DNA of 63,995 bases, counting the filler, from Phoronis australis (lineage: Eukaryota; Animalia; Phoronida): the NCBI GenBank assembly GCA_002633005.1. It is 9 parts of 9 records of this genome, joined end to end, with 100 filler letters (N's around TTAATTAATTAA, not from the genome) between each part and the next. Parts side by side here need not be neighbours in the genome. Positions count along the whole stretch, not along the records: positions 10,720 to 23,450 come from NMRA01001620.1; positions 23,551 to 36,769 come from NMRA01001598.1; 7 more parts are not named here. The stretch is one strand, 5' to 3'. Within the stretch, counting starts at the first letter, position 1. Every line of letters begins with the position of its first letter. Below the pieces are notes generated by a model, which had not been told where the DNA came from, did no database searches, and worked only from the letters and a program-made list of their open reading frames with translations. Shown here one piece after another: positions 13,113 through 24,499 of the stretch. The position numbers were made by a program, and so were the translations under genes.

Positions 13113-13664
13113 TATGTGGAGGTACTACAATCATCAGATACTTGTCCTTATTCGTGATTAGCTTTTCACTCAGCTTTTTTAAGACCGGTATCAAATAAAG
13201 TCACATCACGGTTCACGCACTGCCAGGTACATTTATTTATTAATTGCTTAATTCACAATGTTTTTTTCAGTCTAAGAGAACAGATATTTTTTTCTTTTCC
13301 CAGACAGCATCCATTCTTCCCATGGTCTTCAACAAATCCCACTCTCAGCTGTAAACTCTGGTTCAATCTCATCAAAGTTCAGGAAAAAAAAAATAGTCTT
13401 TCATCTCACTGAGCGCACATGTTATTGTAGAGCTGGTGTCAACCTTTGGATTTTATCAGACAAGACAAGACTGCACCATCATTGCTTTGTGCGTGTAAGC
13501 GCAGAGTACTGTTGTTCCTGGGTTTTCTTCAATTTTATTCTTATTTTTCTTATTCATCTTCCGACCAACTTTGAGGCTTAATAACTCCAAGGTGCAGGTA
13601 TAGTCTTTAAATTCAGCATATGACTTTTGACAGTACACAAATTTTGATTCGTTATATAATCATA

Positions 13665-14680
13665 TTCCATAATGCACCGGAAGAGGTCATTTGGTGCAAA
13701 GGTCATGTAATTTTCAAAATGCTACTCCTTCTTATTTTAAAAGCTACTCTTTCCAAATTCGGTACACAGGTATAAGTCAATAAGGCAATTAAAAAAATTA
13801 CTTTTCTAAGTAATCGGGTCATCCAATCAGATTAAACAGGTCAAAGGTCATTAGGTGCAAACTAAAATTTTGAGCTAGACACTTTAAATTCACAGGTCTG
13901 ATTGGCACAGATAATTCAATTTGGAATCCAAAGTTTCAGGTCATTTAGTACAAACATGGGGTCATTAGGTTCCTTTTTTCTTATGAAAATTTGACCTTTT
14001 CATTCTCCAAGTATACTGATGTGTCAACCGTTAGACAACTGTGATTCTCAGCATTAAACACATTTTTCATGGGCTTTGCAATAATTCTCCTAAAGACGCT
14101 TATAATGCACCGGATAGGGTCAATTAGTGCAAAGATCATCTAACGTTCAAAATGTTATATCTCTTACATTTTTCAAGGAATTCTTTTTAATTTCAGCACA
14201 CTGGTGTAAGTCAACATGCCAACTGAGCAACCTACTTAACTAAGCAATAGGCCTAACCAATCAGAAAAATAGCTCAAAGGTCATTGAGTACAAAATTAAA
14301 ATTTTGAGCTAGAGACTTCAAAATTACATATCTGTTTACTAAATGCGATTGAGTTTGAATTCTAAATTTTTCGTCATTTGGTGCACCCATGGGGTCATTA
14401 GGTGCATTTTTCTTCTGAAAGTTTGATCAATTCATTTATGTTGTATTTTTAAGTGCTTAAAGTAAAACATCTGTGATTCTTTGCATTAACCACACTTTAA
14501 ATTGGTTTTACAATTATTCCCTCATCGGGGTTCATAATGCACCGGAAGAGGTCAGTTAGTGGAAAGGTCATCAAAATATTAACATGTAATTTCTCCTACA
14601 ATTTTAAAGAATTCCTTTCATATTGGTAAACGGGTTGCTGTCAGTAACTTCCCATAACAATTCCTTTAATAAGTACGCGC
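13665..14680. repeat. Degenerate ~430-bp tandem repeat
   Basis: ATAATGCACCGGA at ~13669, ~14102 and ~14534; repeated AAAGGTCAT, ATGGGGTCATTAGGT and AAAATTTTGAGCTAGA motifs. Confidence 0.75.
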
Positions 14681-14894
14681 AGAGTCCATTATAGTCACGC
14701 CGTGACAATAATCTTTCTAGTTACCTCTGAGATTATTGCTAGCTACAGAATGTAGCCCTTGACTTTGACATGCAGTATGTAGTAACATTAAATATGTTAG
14801 AGATTAACACTCACATGTAAGTACAGACAATCAAGTCAAAGTGACATACAAGAATAACAAGCAGCCCATTTGCTCTATTGACTGTCATCATTAC

Positions 14895-15020
14895 CTTGCG
14901 ATGGTTTGTAACATTCTGTTCCTGAGTCATCCTCTTCAGAGCCCGACTGTGCATAACCAACACTTTTCTTCTTTCTTACATTCTTGAATAGTTTAAGAGT
15001 TAATCCAGCAACTTGAGGTT
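14895..15020 (-). CDS. Candidate internal exon of an unidentified minus-strand gene
   Basis: TTTCAG acceptor, GTAATG donor, 126 nt, phase 1-1; only one frame is open (PQVAGLTLKLFKNVRKKKSVGYAQSGSEEDDSGTECYKPSQ). Confidence 0.5.
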
Positions 15021-15779
15021 CTGAAAGATATCAAATTGTTTGCATAGAAACCACAGTAACCATAGAAACCACAATATAGTTGTAGCAATTAAAGACATGC
15101 ACTTTCAGCACAAAAACACTTTTCCTGAATAATTTTGTCAACAATTCATTACTTTGGTGGGGTGGGTTGAGTTGGTTTCTTTCATAATCAGCTATGAATA
15201 CAGTATAATACTCAGCCTTACACTAAGGCACTTCCAAACATCAACTTTTTGACAAATTTGTGCCGGAACCAGAAAATTGGGGTCCAGGTCAATAGTCCTC
15301 GTGTTAACTTACACCATCCAGAAACGTCTTCATATTTGAAAAATGTCTTACCTACAGTTATAAAATTCTACAGTACAAATATCTTCAATTTATCAATGAT
15401 AATATCCGACAGTCCTGAAAAATCATTATGCTCAGAATTTCGCCGCTATGTCGGTATTTCGCCGTGGCTGTACACTTCAAACTTCAACAGTGCTTCAAAA
15501 AGAACGGAAAAGTTTTGCTGATCTTGCAATCAGGAATGTGTCTCACTATGGTCAGGTCTTTCAGAACAGACACAGCGTACAGGTCAACTGGATTGTATTG
15601 TATCTTTCCCAAACAGATCTCCGTCAACAGGAATCCAGATTACTTTGTACGTATGTAAAAACCGTGAATCAAAACTTGACCAGTGTTAATGAGCACATGT
15701 CCAAGAAGCGCGCGTTAAGGCCTGATACCCTGGCAAATGAACTCTGATGACACACACGCGCTCGCTCACTCAGGTCACA

Positions 15780-16255
15780 CGTGCAGACTAACTTCAAAAC
15801 AAACATCACATGACAACAACATATGTGTTCGTCCAGATTTTTCTCGTTTTGCAGGGTGCGATCTAGCGCAGATATGGATTTAATCTAAGGTTAATCCAGA
15901 CTCCATAGGAACTTTAAATCTTAGGGACGCTATTTGGAAAACTTAAGGAGGATTTAAGATAGTTTGTTGAATCGAAACTGTTTTTACCCTAGAATTCAAA
16001 TTGCCCTATCAACGATCGCGAGGCAGCGATGCATCAGTCAGCAAGTTTTCACCCTGGGATTTCCGCACATTTTTTAAAAAAGATCGTAATTTAACAACAA
16101 AGTTTGACAGCAATGCACCACAGTTTTATATACAGTCTGTCATAGGCTACACTTACATCACAGCGCGTAAATTTAATGAAACCTAGCTTCCGATTTCACC
16201 TGTTTCGGAGATTATATAAACAACAAGCGCCTCCCCTTCCGAAACGATTTTTTCT
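15780..16255. repeat. Interspersed repeat, copy 2 (see 2605-3075)
   Basis: Colinear similarity to 2605-3075. Confidence 0.75.
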
Positions 16256-17395
16256 AAGCACCCTGGATGCTTATTAGGGAGTGCTCAGAATACGGCAGCC
16301 CTAATAGATGGTGACATCAACGCACGAAACGATGATTTTTTTTGTGGTGACAGACGCAAACGGCCGGGCGACTGAACTTCGGGCTGGGCGAGTACATTTT
16401 CTGGCTCACTCGCCCAGCTGCCGAGCAAGGTTTTGAAACCTGGGTATATCCCTAGGGTACTAGTTTTCATCAGTAGATCATCCGTTCGCCGACTACGCCA
16501 TTTGTAGTAATAGCCGAGTCTACCCGACCCAGGTCCGGGAATCGAACCAGCGACCCCCCCCCCNNNNNNNNNNNNNNNNNNNNNNNNNNNNNNNNNNNNN
16601 NNNNNNNNNNNNNNNNNNNNNNNNNNNNNNNNNNNNNNNNNNNNNNNNNNNNNNNNNNNNNNNNNNNNNNNNNNNNNNNNNNNNNNNNNNNNNNNNNNNN
16701 NNNNNNNNNNNNNNNNNNNNNNNNNNNNNNNNNNNNNNNNNNNNNNNNNNNNNNNNNNNNNNNNNNNNNNNNNNNNNNNNNNNNNNNNNNNNNNNNNNNN
16801 NNNNNNNNNNNNNNNNNNNNNNNNNNNNNNNNNNNNNNNNNNNNNNNNNNNNNNNNNNNNNNNNNNNNNNNNNNNNNNNNNNNNNNNNNNNNNNNNNNNN
16901 NNNNNNNNNNNNNNNNNNNNNNNNNNNNNNNNNNNNNNNNNNNNNNNNNNNNNNNNNNNNNNNNNNNNNNNNNNNNNNNNNNNNNNAAATTCGAAAACAT
17001 CTTCTGAAAACGCACAAAAAAGTGTATTAGTAAAATCTACTGATTTTTAAGTGGTTTTAAAAAACAATCGGTAAACTCACCGATTTTTGTCTCATTACTT
17101 TGATACGTGTCTCTTCCGATAAGTTAGTACCTAACGTGCAGACGAGAACTCCAAATTGGAACGCTAAGTCCCGCGTGGTTGCGCTGCACGCGAAACAAGA
17201 TGGCGGACGAACTTTGGAGCCTGACGAAAATAGGTAACCGGACGATATTATAGAAAAAGCGGACAGCACATTTGAAAAAAGCGGAAATCCGCGTTTCCGC
17301 GGAAAATTCCAAGCCCTGACAAAGGCTGCATGGCGCGAGGACTGGAGCGGGATGATTCTGACTGAATCATATTGATTAAGGAGCACTTATAGTGT

Positions 17396-17665
17396 TGTAG
17401 TAATAGCCGAGATTACCCGACCCGGGAATCAAAGTTCAAACCAGCGACCCCCATAAAACCGGCAAGCGTGCTAACCATTCAGCTAATAGGCAATTGCACG
17501 TTAGCGAGTAGCTAACAGAATGTTGTAGATGTGGTTCCAATGAATCATATGAGCCTCTGTTAGCTACTCGCTAAGAGCCATTTGCGTATTAGCTGAATGG
17601 TTAGCACGCACGCGGGGGTTGCAGTGGTTCGATTCCCGGGTCGGGTAAGCTCGGCTATTACTACA
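17396..17665. mobile_element. Inverted pair of short tRNA-like elements (full unit 17524-17665, TGTAG...CTACA)
   Basis: Pol III A-box-like TAGCTGAATGG and B-box GGTTCGATTCC inside the unit; a partial inverted copy lies at 17396-17519; further copies at 16503-16563, ~18560-18595 and 18954-19580. Confidence 0.7.
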
Positions 17666-17669
17666 ACAG

Positions 17670-17816
17670 GTATTTTCTGAACCTTGTCTCTATGTAACCT
17701 CTATCTAACTCACTTGCGTCGTCTAGTGTTAAGCCTTCGAGGTTCACAATGTGCTGGAAAACTTCATCGTCCCCGACATAAACACATTTCGCATTTTTCA
17801 CCCTGGACGCGGCCAT
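17670..17816 (-). CDS. Candidate first coding exon of an unidentified gene divergent from SPAG16
   Basis: AAGATGGCCGC start context; open frame MAASRVKNAKCVYVGDDEVFQHIVNLEGLTLDDASELDRGYIETR; donor site uncertain. Confidence 0.45.
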
Positions 17817-17908
17817 CTTTAGTGACTTGAGCGCCACACCTCGAATGATAGACGTTTGCGCTTGCGCATACCTTAATTTCCCGTGGTAACCTACTAGTAA
17901 CAACAATC
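17817..17908. promoter_or_regulatory. Compact putative bidirectional promoter with NRF1-like and RFX X-box-like sites
   Basis: 92 bp between divergent ATGs; TGCGCTTGCGCA at 17857-17868; TTTCCCGTGGTAAC at 17877-17890 followed by CTAGTAAC; locally CpG-rich. Confidence 0.6.
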
Positions 17909-17945
17909 ATGGCGACTGAAGAAGACAGGCCTTTTTATCTGGAAA
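17909..17945 (+). CDS. SPAG16: SPAG16/PF20 exon 1
   Basis: MATEEDRPFYLE, similar to the SPAG16 YYLE motif; phase-1 donor matches the next exon (a later phase-1 donor near 17996 is also possible). Confidence 0.7.
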
Positions 17946-19019
17946 GTATCCTTTTGACAAAAAAGACGAGAACTTGCTTTCAAAGTACATGCCAATGTAA
18001 TGATACGCTGTTTTTCTTTGCGTTTTTCACTAAAACATTTCCAGTTGAAAGAGCTTGATACGCTTTTCGTCCCGCGACTTGCTCGGCGTTGTCAGAAGGG
18101 TTTCTGACCGATTCCGTCTGAGGACGGTTGGAAATTGTCTACTACTATTTGGGCTAATTGTAGTATGCAACGTCGCTTGCCGGGGGTACTGGTGGTATGA
18201 TGAGCTGTTATGAATGGTTAAAACCAAGCTTTACCAAACAACATGTATTGAAACCAGGGCAATTATCTATTAGCTTCAAATTTGATCAGCAAGCTTGCCA
18301 CTGCCAGTTCAGTTCTATCGGGGTAAATTGTTGGTTTTATTCCAAGGAAAGGTAATCTAGCCTATTACTATAGAAGTGGCATAAAGGGATAATTGATACA
18401 TACTGAGCAAACCCAGTTTTTTGCAAAATCAAGAGTTGGGTCATTTGCAGACTAAATATCGGACATACCTAAATATCTGACATTTTTATATAATCTTATC
18501 TGAGAAATGAATGACATCATTTTCCATTTCGCAATAATTCATTCAATGTCCAATGCTGTCAGAGACTCATATGATTCACCGAAAGCATATCTACAAAATT
18601 CCCTCCTTTCCTACTAAACAGGTGCACTAACAGAAAGGTGAATACCAGATTGTCTAGCACAAAGGTCGTAAACTTTCCTTGATATCTTTGGCACCGCAAT
18701 ACAGGTGAACACAAGGTGTTTATAATACAGGTCCTCAACTCTGGAACTTTTATCATCTCCATACCATGCATGGCCATGCCTGCTGTCTGAGGTCTGAGTA
18801 CTGTCTTGAACACTGGGACTGACAGGTATTTGACCTGTATTGTAAGTACTCGTTACCTGTAAGGCCATTTCGGGGGGGGGGGGNGGGGTTCACTGCAGTG
18901 CTATAGTTGGCAGTTTTTCTTTGGTATACCATTTGTTTGCTGACTACACCAATTGTAGTAACAGCCGAGATTTCCCAACCCAGGAATGGAACTAGCGACT
19001 CGGTTAAACCAGCAAGCGT

Positions 19020-19555
19020 GCTAACCATTCAACTACTTAGCAGTTACCTGTTAGTGAGTGCGTGCTAACCATTCAACTACTTAGCAGTTGCCTGTGAGTG
19101 AGTGCAGGCTAACCATTCAGTTACTTAGCAGTTGCCTGTTAGTGAGTGCGGGCTAACCATTCAGTTACTTAGCAGTTGCCTGTTAGTAAGTGCTGGCTAA
19201 CCATTCAGTTACTTAGCAGTTGCCTGTTAGTGAGTGCGGGCTAACCATTCAGTTACTTAGCAGTTGCCTGTTAGTGAGTGCGGGCTAACCATTCAGTTAC
19301 TTAGCAGTTGCCTGTTAGTGAGTGCGGGCTAACCATTCAGTTACTTAGCAGTTGCCTGTTAGTGAGTGCGGGCTAACCATTCAGTTACTTAGCAGTTGCC
19401 TGTTAGTGAGTGCGGGCTAACCATTCAGTTACTTAGCAGTTGCCTGTTAGTGAGTGCGGGCTAACCATTCAGTTAGTTACCAGTTGCCCATGAGTGAGTG
19501 AGGGCTAACCATTCAGATAGTTACCAGTTGCCCATGAGTGAGTGAGGGCTAACAG
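19020..19555. repeat. 44-bp minisatellite (~12 copies) inside a tRNA-like element
   Basis: Unit GCTAACCATTCAGTTACTTAGCAGTTGCCTGTTAGTGAGTGCGG. Confidence 0.95.
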
Positions 19556-19860
19556 AGGTTGATTCACCAAAAGCATGTCAGACAGCTTACACTTCATAAC
19601 AAAGTATTTTAATACATTAAAATGTGTTTTTAAACATTTAAAATAAACTCTGCAACTGGTGACAAGTAAAATTTTAATAAACTAAACAATTAAATGCCTT
19701 TGACTTAAAAAGTACTGCAGAAGTTCAAGTTCAGTATAGTGCTAGACACACAACACATTGAAAAGCATTTGAGAATCCACTCTCATCTCATTCTCACTAA
19801 AATATGTTATGATGTAGTCTGTTTTTGTTGGTCAGTGCTTAGTACCCTTCCTTGACATAG

Positions 19861-19947
19861 AAACTTTAGAAAAAGAATTGGAGTTGGATGATTCAGATGA
19901 AGAATTTCAATATGAGGAAGTTCCTATAGACGAAGACTTTGACGCAG
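19861..19947 (+). CDS. SPAG16: SPAG16 exon 2
   Basis: AG/GT exon encoding TLEKELELDDSDEEFQYEEVPIDEDFDA; resembles human SEDDYEYEEIPDDNF. Confidence 0.85.
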
Positions 19948-20283
19948 GTACTGTGTTATCTTTGTTTTAACTCTGTTTTGTGTTTTAAATAAAAGGTGGC
20001 AGCTTTTGAAGACAAATACATAGGTATTTGTGGTCATCTGTTTTGAATCTTTAATGTATTTTTTGGAGTTTATGGTTCTTTTAAAACAAAATCAATGTTT
20101 TTTATAACAACTTCAGGTTGCTGTGAGACTCTGGAGATCGTGGCTATATATTTTGTGTGTGTGTGTGTATGTGTGTGTGCGTGCATGTGTGTGTGTGTTG
20201 TGCTTTGAAACACTTTCTTTTAGTTACCACTGGTATAACAAAGTTTGGGTGCTTGACTGATGTCTTGTTTGTGTTATATTCAG

Positions 20284-20351
20284 ATTTTGATGAAGACCTG
20301 TCAACTGCTGTTCGAACAATACAAGAAGCTGTTGAAGATGATATAGCTACA
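20284..20351 (+). CDS. SPAG16: SPAG16 exon 3
   Basis: CAG/GTAAGT exon encoding DFDEDLSTAVRTIQEAVEDDIAT; resembles human EEDLAKAIQMAQEQ. Confidence 0.85.
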
Positions 20352-21237
20352 GTAAGTGTCAGGTGAAACTGTTACCATGGAGAAGGATGTTGGGTATTTT
20401 GTAAATAATTACTCTATTTGCTGTTGCCTGTTACTTTGTACACGCTACTCATTATTTAAGTGGTGAGAGTCAATACCTAGCTAAGTTTTACTGCTGGGGT
20501 CAATGTTAATAAACCAAGAAATCGGGTTTAACCTTTGAACTCAATTATTCAGTTTTCGCAATCAGCACTACTTTTGTCTTTTCCATCAAATGGTCAAAAC
20601 AAATATTCCAAACGTTTGAGACCTTGCCATTCTCACTGTCACCATGACAATAGTCTGACATCATCACCCTGCTGTCCACTGTCACCATGACAATAGTCTG
20701 ACATCATCAGCCTGCTGCTCAGTACTAAGACACAAGAAAGGAGCCAAACAAGTTTGACATGGTCTTTTCCATGTTTAGCTTGACCGGCTAGCTGTCTTTA
20801 GTGTCTTTCATGTGGCCAGTTGTTGGTCAAAGATGTACGGGGGCAACAACACATCTCAGGTTTTGAAATGCTGGTCTTGCTTGTTTTACTGCGTGTGAAG
20901 TTGAAATCTATACACTGAAATCGTTCAACATTTCTTAAGTTACTTAATTAAGTCGCTGACTAGCTTACCTTCAGTCAACAATTATTAATTGATCCACTTA
21001 ACAGTTACATAGTAATGAAACAGATTCCGACGCACACTATTACTGAATATAAACACTGATGGATCCTGACTATTACAACTGAGTAATACTGACCAACGTC
21101 CAACTAATACTGACTACCACTGACAATATTAACAAACACTGACTACCACTGACTAATATTGACAAACACTGACTACCACTGACTAATATTGAGTTCTACT
21201 GACTATTACTGACTGGATATTTTGTGTTGTTGATCAG

Positions 21238-21359
21238 GCTAGGAAGCCGTCTGGAAGACCAAAAGTTGAACAACGTCCAGAAGTGACTGACGACTTTGTG
21301 CGCAACTTTTTGGTTAAGATGAATATGGAGCGATCTTTGGACACATTCCAGACTGAGTG
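21238..21359 (+). CDS. SPAG16: SPAG16 exon 4
   Basis: ARKPSGRPKVEQRPEVTDDFVRNFLVKMNMERSLDTFQTEW; resembles human PEVIEDFLCNFLIKMGMTRTLDCFQSEW. Confidence 0.92.
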
Positions 21360-22006
21360 GTAAGTGTATCTTGGGTGTTTGTGTTTGTGTCTATAACATC
21401 ATTATTCTATCTTAGAGAGTAGGGATGATTTTCGGAGGGTGCCTCACGCCATTAAAACATGAATTTCATTGTCATACTTTTATTTTTTAGCTCAGTTTAT
21501 TGAGTGCACTAATTGAAGTCACAGTTCAGTCCTGAATAATACACATTGCATTTAGATTCTTGTTTGATAACAATGTATAGCTAGTGATGAAAACTATTAA
21601 ATGTCAGTAACATGACTGTTAGTGAGATGCAGATCTCTACGTTGTATTTATGTGTTTAGTTATGGTTATGTAACACTTTATTCACAAGTTTGTGCATAAT
21701 TAACTAAATGTCTACAAATTGTCAGAATTTAACTCAGTAAAAGTTTGCAATTTCTGAAAATTACTGTAAAATTTGATTTTTAACTTCAAACAAAACTGCA
21801 GCAACTTGGGTGGTCTCATGAACATGGCTTTATAGTGAAATTTAGCAAACAACGACATCGATATGGCCAAATTTTCTTTGGTATTAATGTCCGAGATAAG
21901 ATCTCACAAACGGTGTTACAACTTTCCAGATTACCACTTTTTTGTTGTATTCAACTTAATTTTTTTCATAAAAATCATAAGAATCCTTTTTTCGAAAGCC
22001 ACTCAT

Positions 22007-22310
22007 GCCTCAGAGTGTTGCCTTGTCAGTTCAACAGCCTCAGAGTGCTGCCTTGTCAGTTCAACAGCCTCAGAGTGCTGCCTTGTCAGTTCAGCAGCCT
22101 CAGAGTGCCGCCTTGTCAGTTCAGCAGCCTCAGAGTGCCGCTTTGTCAGTTCAGCAGCCTCAGAGTGCCGCCTTGTCAGTTCAACAGCCTCAGAGTGCTG
22201 CCTTGTCAGTTCAACAGCCTCAGAGTACCGCCTTGTCAGTTCAACAGCCTCAGAGTGCCGCCTTGTCAGTTCAACAGCCTCAGAGTGCCGCCTTGTCAGT
22301 TCAGCAACCT
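22007..22310. repeat. 30-bp minisatellite (~10 copies) in a SPAG16 intron
   Basis: Unit GCCTCAGAGTGCCGCCTTGTCAGTTCAACA. Confidence 0.95.
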
Positions 22311-22704
22311 TTGCTGGCTGGCGTATGCTGCTGGCTGGCTAAAAAACGGTTATGATCGACAAATGTCAATTAGTGAATTAATAATCAGTTTGGAATGGAC
22401 AGTGTGGCATATTAGAGTATGAAATAGTCCCACCTCCAACACAATGAAAAAAATCAAATGTAATTTTATTTTTATTTTAATCCACTGGAAAACGTAGGAT
22501 TTGATGAAATCCTGACGGCCTCAATGTCTCTCTTGTTACACTCAGTTGATAATGTTAAATCCATATTATGGAAATACTTGAAGTATCCTGTCGTCGTTAT
22601 ACTCTTTACTCCTAGACTAGCTTTGAGCAAGCTGTCTTAGGGTACAACTTTCATCTGTTCTATGTGTATAATCTATCTATCTATCTCTTTCTTGCTCCTT
22701 GCAG

Positions 22705-22842
22705 GTATGAGCTTCAGCAAAAGGGACTGTTAAATGAAGAGGATGTTGGCACTGTGCCAGATATTTATGTCAGAAATCAACGACTGGATAATGAGGTCAA
22801 GTTCCTGCGTAAAGAATGTGACAAGTTTAAGAATGCTGCTCA
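22705..22842 (+). CDS. SPAG16: SPAG16 exon 5
   Basis: YELQQKGLLNEEDVGTVPDIYVRNQRLDNEVKFLRKECDKFKNAAQ; resembles human YELIQKGVTELRTVGNVPDVYTQ; splice phases are consistent. Confidence 0.92.
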
Positions 22843-23242
22843 GTAAGTAGCAATGCATGATGGGAACGGAATGTTCAAACATGGCTGCTGAGGGAAGATT
22901 AAACTTTAATTGGATGTTTTCAAGAATATTGCTGTGCTTTATGTGACTTGTTAATTTGCAAGTTAATATCAATTTGTGAACTATAATCAGCTTTGATTTT
23001 GATGTCTACTTTTCTTGATTGTTAAACCTACATTACTGTGGTAAATATACATAGCACATTGTAATTTTCAAGTTATGTAAGTGGCGAAGTTATCTTGTTT
23101 GTTCAGAATTGTGGCAAAGATACTGAAGGAAATGAACACAATACGCCATAGCTGAAATATTTTTGCTTTAAATGTTCACCAAGAAAATGTTTAGCCAATT
23201 TTAGACTAAGTTGGTGTGTTCTGTCATTTTTTGTGTTGCTAG

Positions 23243-23350
23243 GAAGGCGATGGAGTCATTTGTAAAACTGAGAAAGGAGCGAGATTATCACCGCATGCAC
23301 CATAAGCGTGTTGTGCAAGAGAAGAACAAACTTATTACAGACATTAAAAG
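23243..23350 (+). CDS. SPAG16: SPAG16 exon 6
   Basis: KAMESFVKLRKERDYHRMHHKRVVQEKNKLITDIK; closely resembles human KERDFHRMHHKRIVQEKNKLINDLK. Confidence 0.95.
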
Positions 23351-24499
23351 GTATTGCACAATAACATACAGTATTTGTCAGACGATTGTCTGTGTGGGTT
23401 TGTTTAAAAGGTAGCTATGCTTTGAAGTTGTGCGTAGATGGAGAGTGAATNNNNNNNNNNNNNNNNNNNNNNNNNNNNNNNNNNNNNNNNNNNNTTAATT
23501 AATTAANNNNNNNNNNNNNNNNNNNNNNNNNNNNNNNNNNNNNNNNNNNNAACCGCGGTTTGGAACCCGTATCCGGACGCGGCCTAGCCGCGTTCGATAG
23601 GACGTTGGATTCGATCAGCACTGTATGTAGGTTGTAAATATCACAAACATTTTGTAACATAATATGGAACCAACAGTTTTATCTGGAACGGGGTTTTGTG
23701 GACGTGAACGATCCCCAGGACTCTTCTATGGCTTTAAAAAAACAGCTAATTTTCAGTAAAGTACTGAGCGTGAATATTCACTTGCCACAATAGAATCAGT
23801 CCCAATATTAAATGTTGGAGGGATATTCTGTATTGAGTTGAAGAAGTCAAAATTTGGAAGGAACAGTTAGCACTGTTATTTTCTGCAGGGTTTTGTGACA
23901 CCAACGTGTATTCAATGTTCGCAAGGAAATCTGTATAGTACATTTTTTATAAATTGAGTTTTTGCAGTTAATACACAGTGAAGGGATTGCAGTTTTAAGT
24001 GTTATATTTTTGCCCGCAGAAGAAAAAGGTTATATAATAACATGAACTAAAACCACCAACTGAAACAAAATACCACAAGATGTTAAATCAGAGAACGTGA
24101 GAAGGAAAGACTCCGGTTATGAAAGGTGTTCTGTCAGCCGTTACGGTATTTTATGTGGTTATCAGACAGCACAGCACACACAAAATAGACAATAATTTTT
24201 ATTTTCCCAGTTCCATTGAGGGAGTAACAGGGGTCTGGGAATCCCCTGCCTTACTTTACAATGTTTAAGTGAAAATTGGCAAAACAAATATACAGTGGAT
24301 TTGGTTTTTACAATGGCAAACAGGAAAAACATAACAACATTCCATAAAAAGTTGTATACATTTCTGAGAAAGGAATACAAAACACAATTTGCAAACTACA
24401 ATTTACAAAATAGAGCTGTCAGGGCAAAGAAAAATACAAATATTATAAGAAACACTTGAATAGTCTTAAATGGTAGCTTTAGACATGTCATTTATACAA

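Noticed and set aside
15334-15410. Minus-strand exon-like segment with AG and GTAAGA ends
   Set aside because: All three frames contain stops.
16470-17017. Long ORFs across N-runs (also 49604-50452)
   Set aside because: They consist almost entirely of X residues from assembly gaps.
19020-19555. CRISPR-like appearance of regular short repeats (also 11621-13112 and 22007-22310)
   Set aside because: Units are directly adjacent with no unique spacers, there are no cas genes, and the context is eukaryotic and intronic.
21835-22422. Three overlapping repetitive ORFs (195, 159 and 116 aa)
   Set aside because: They result from a stop-free 30-bp minisatellite inside a SPAG16 intron.
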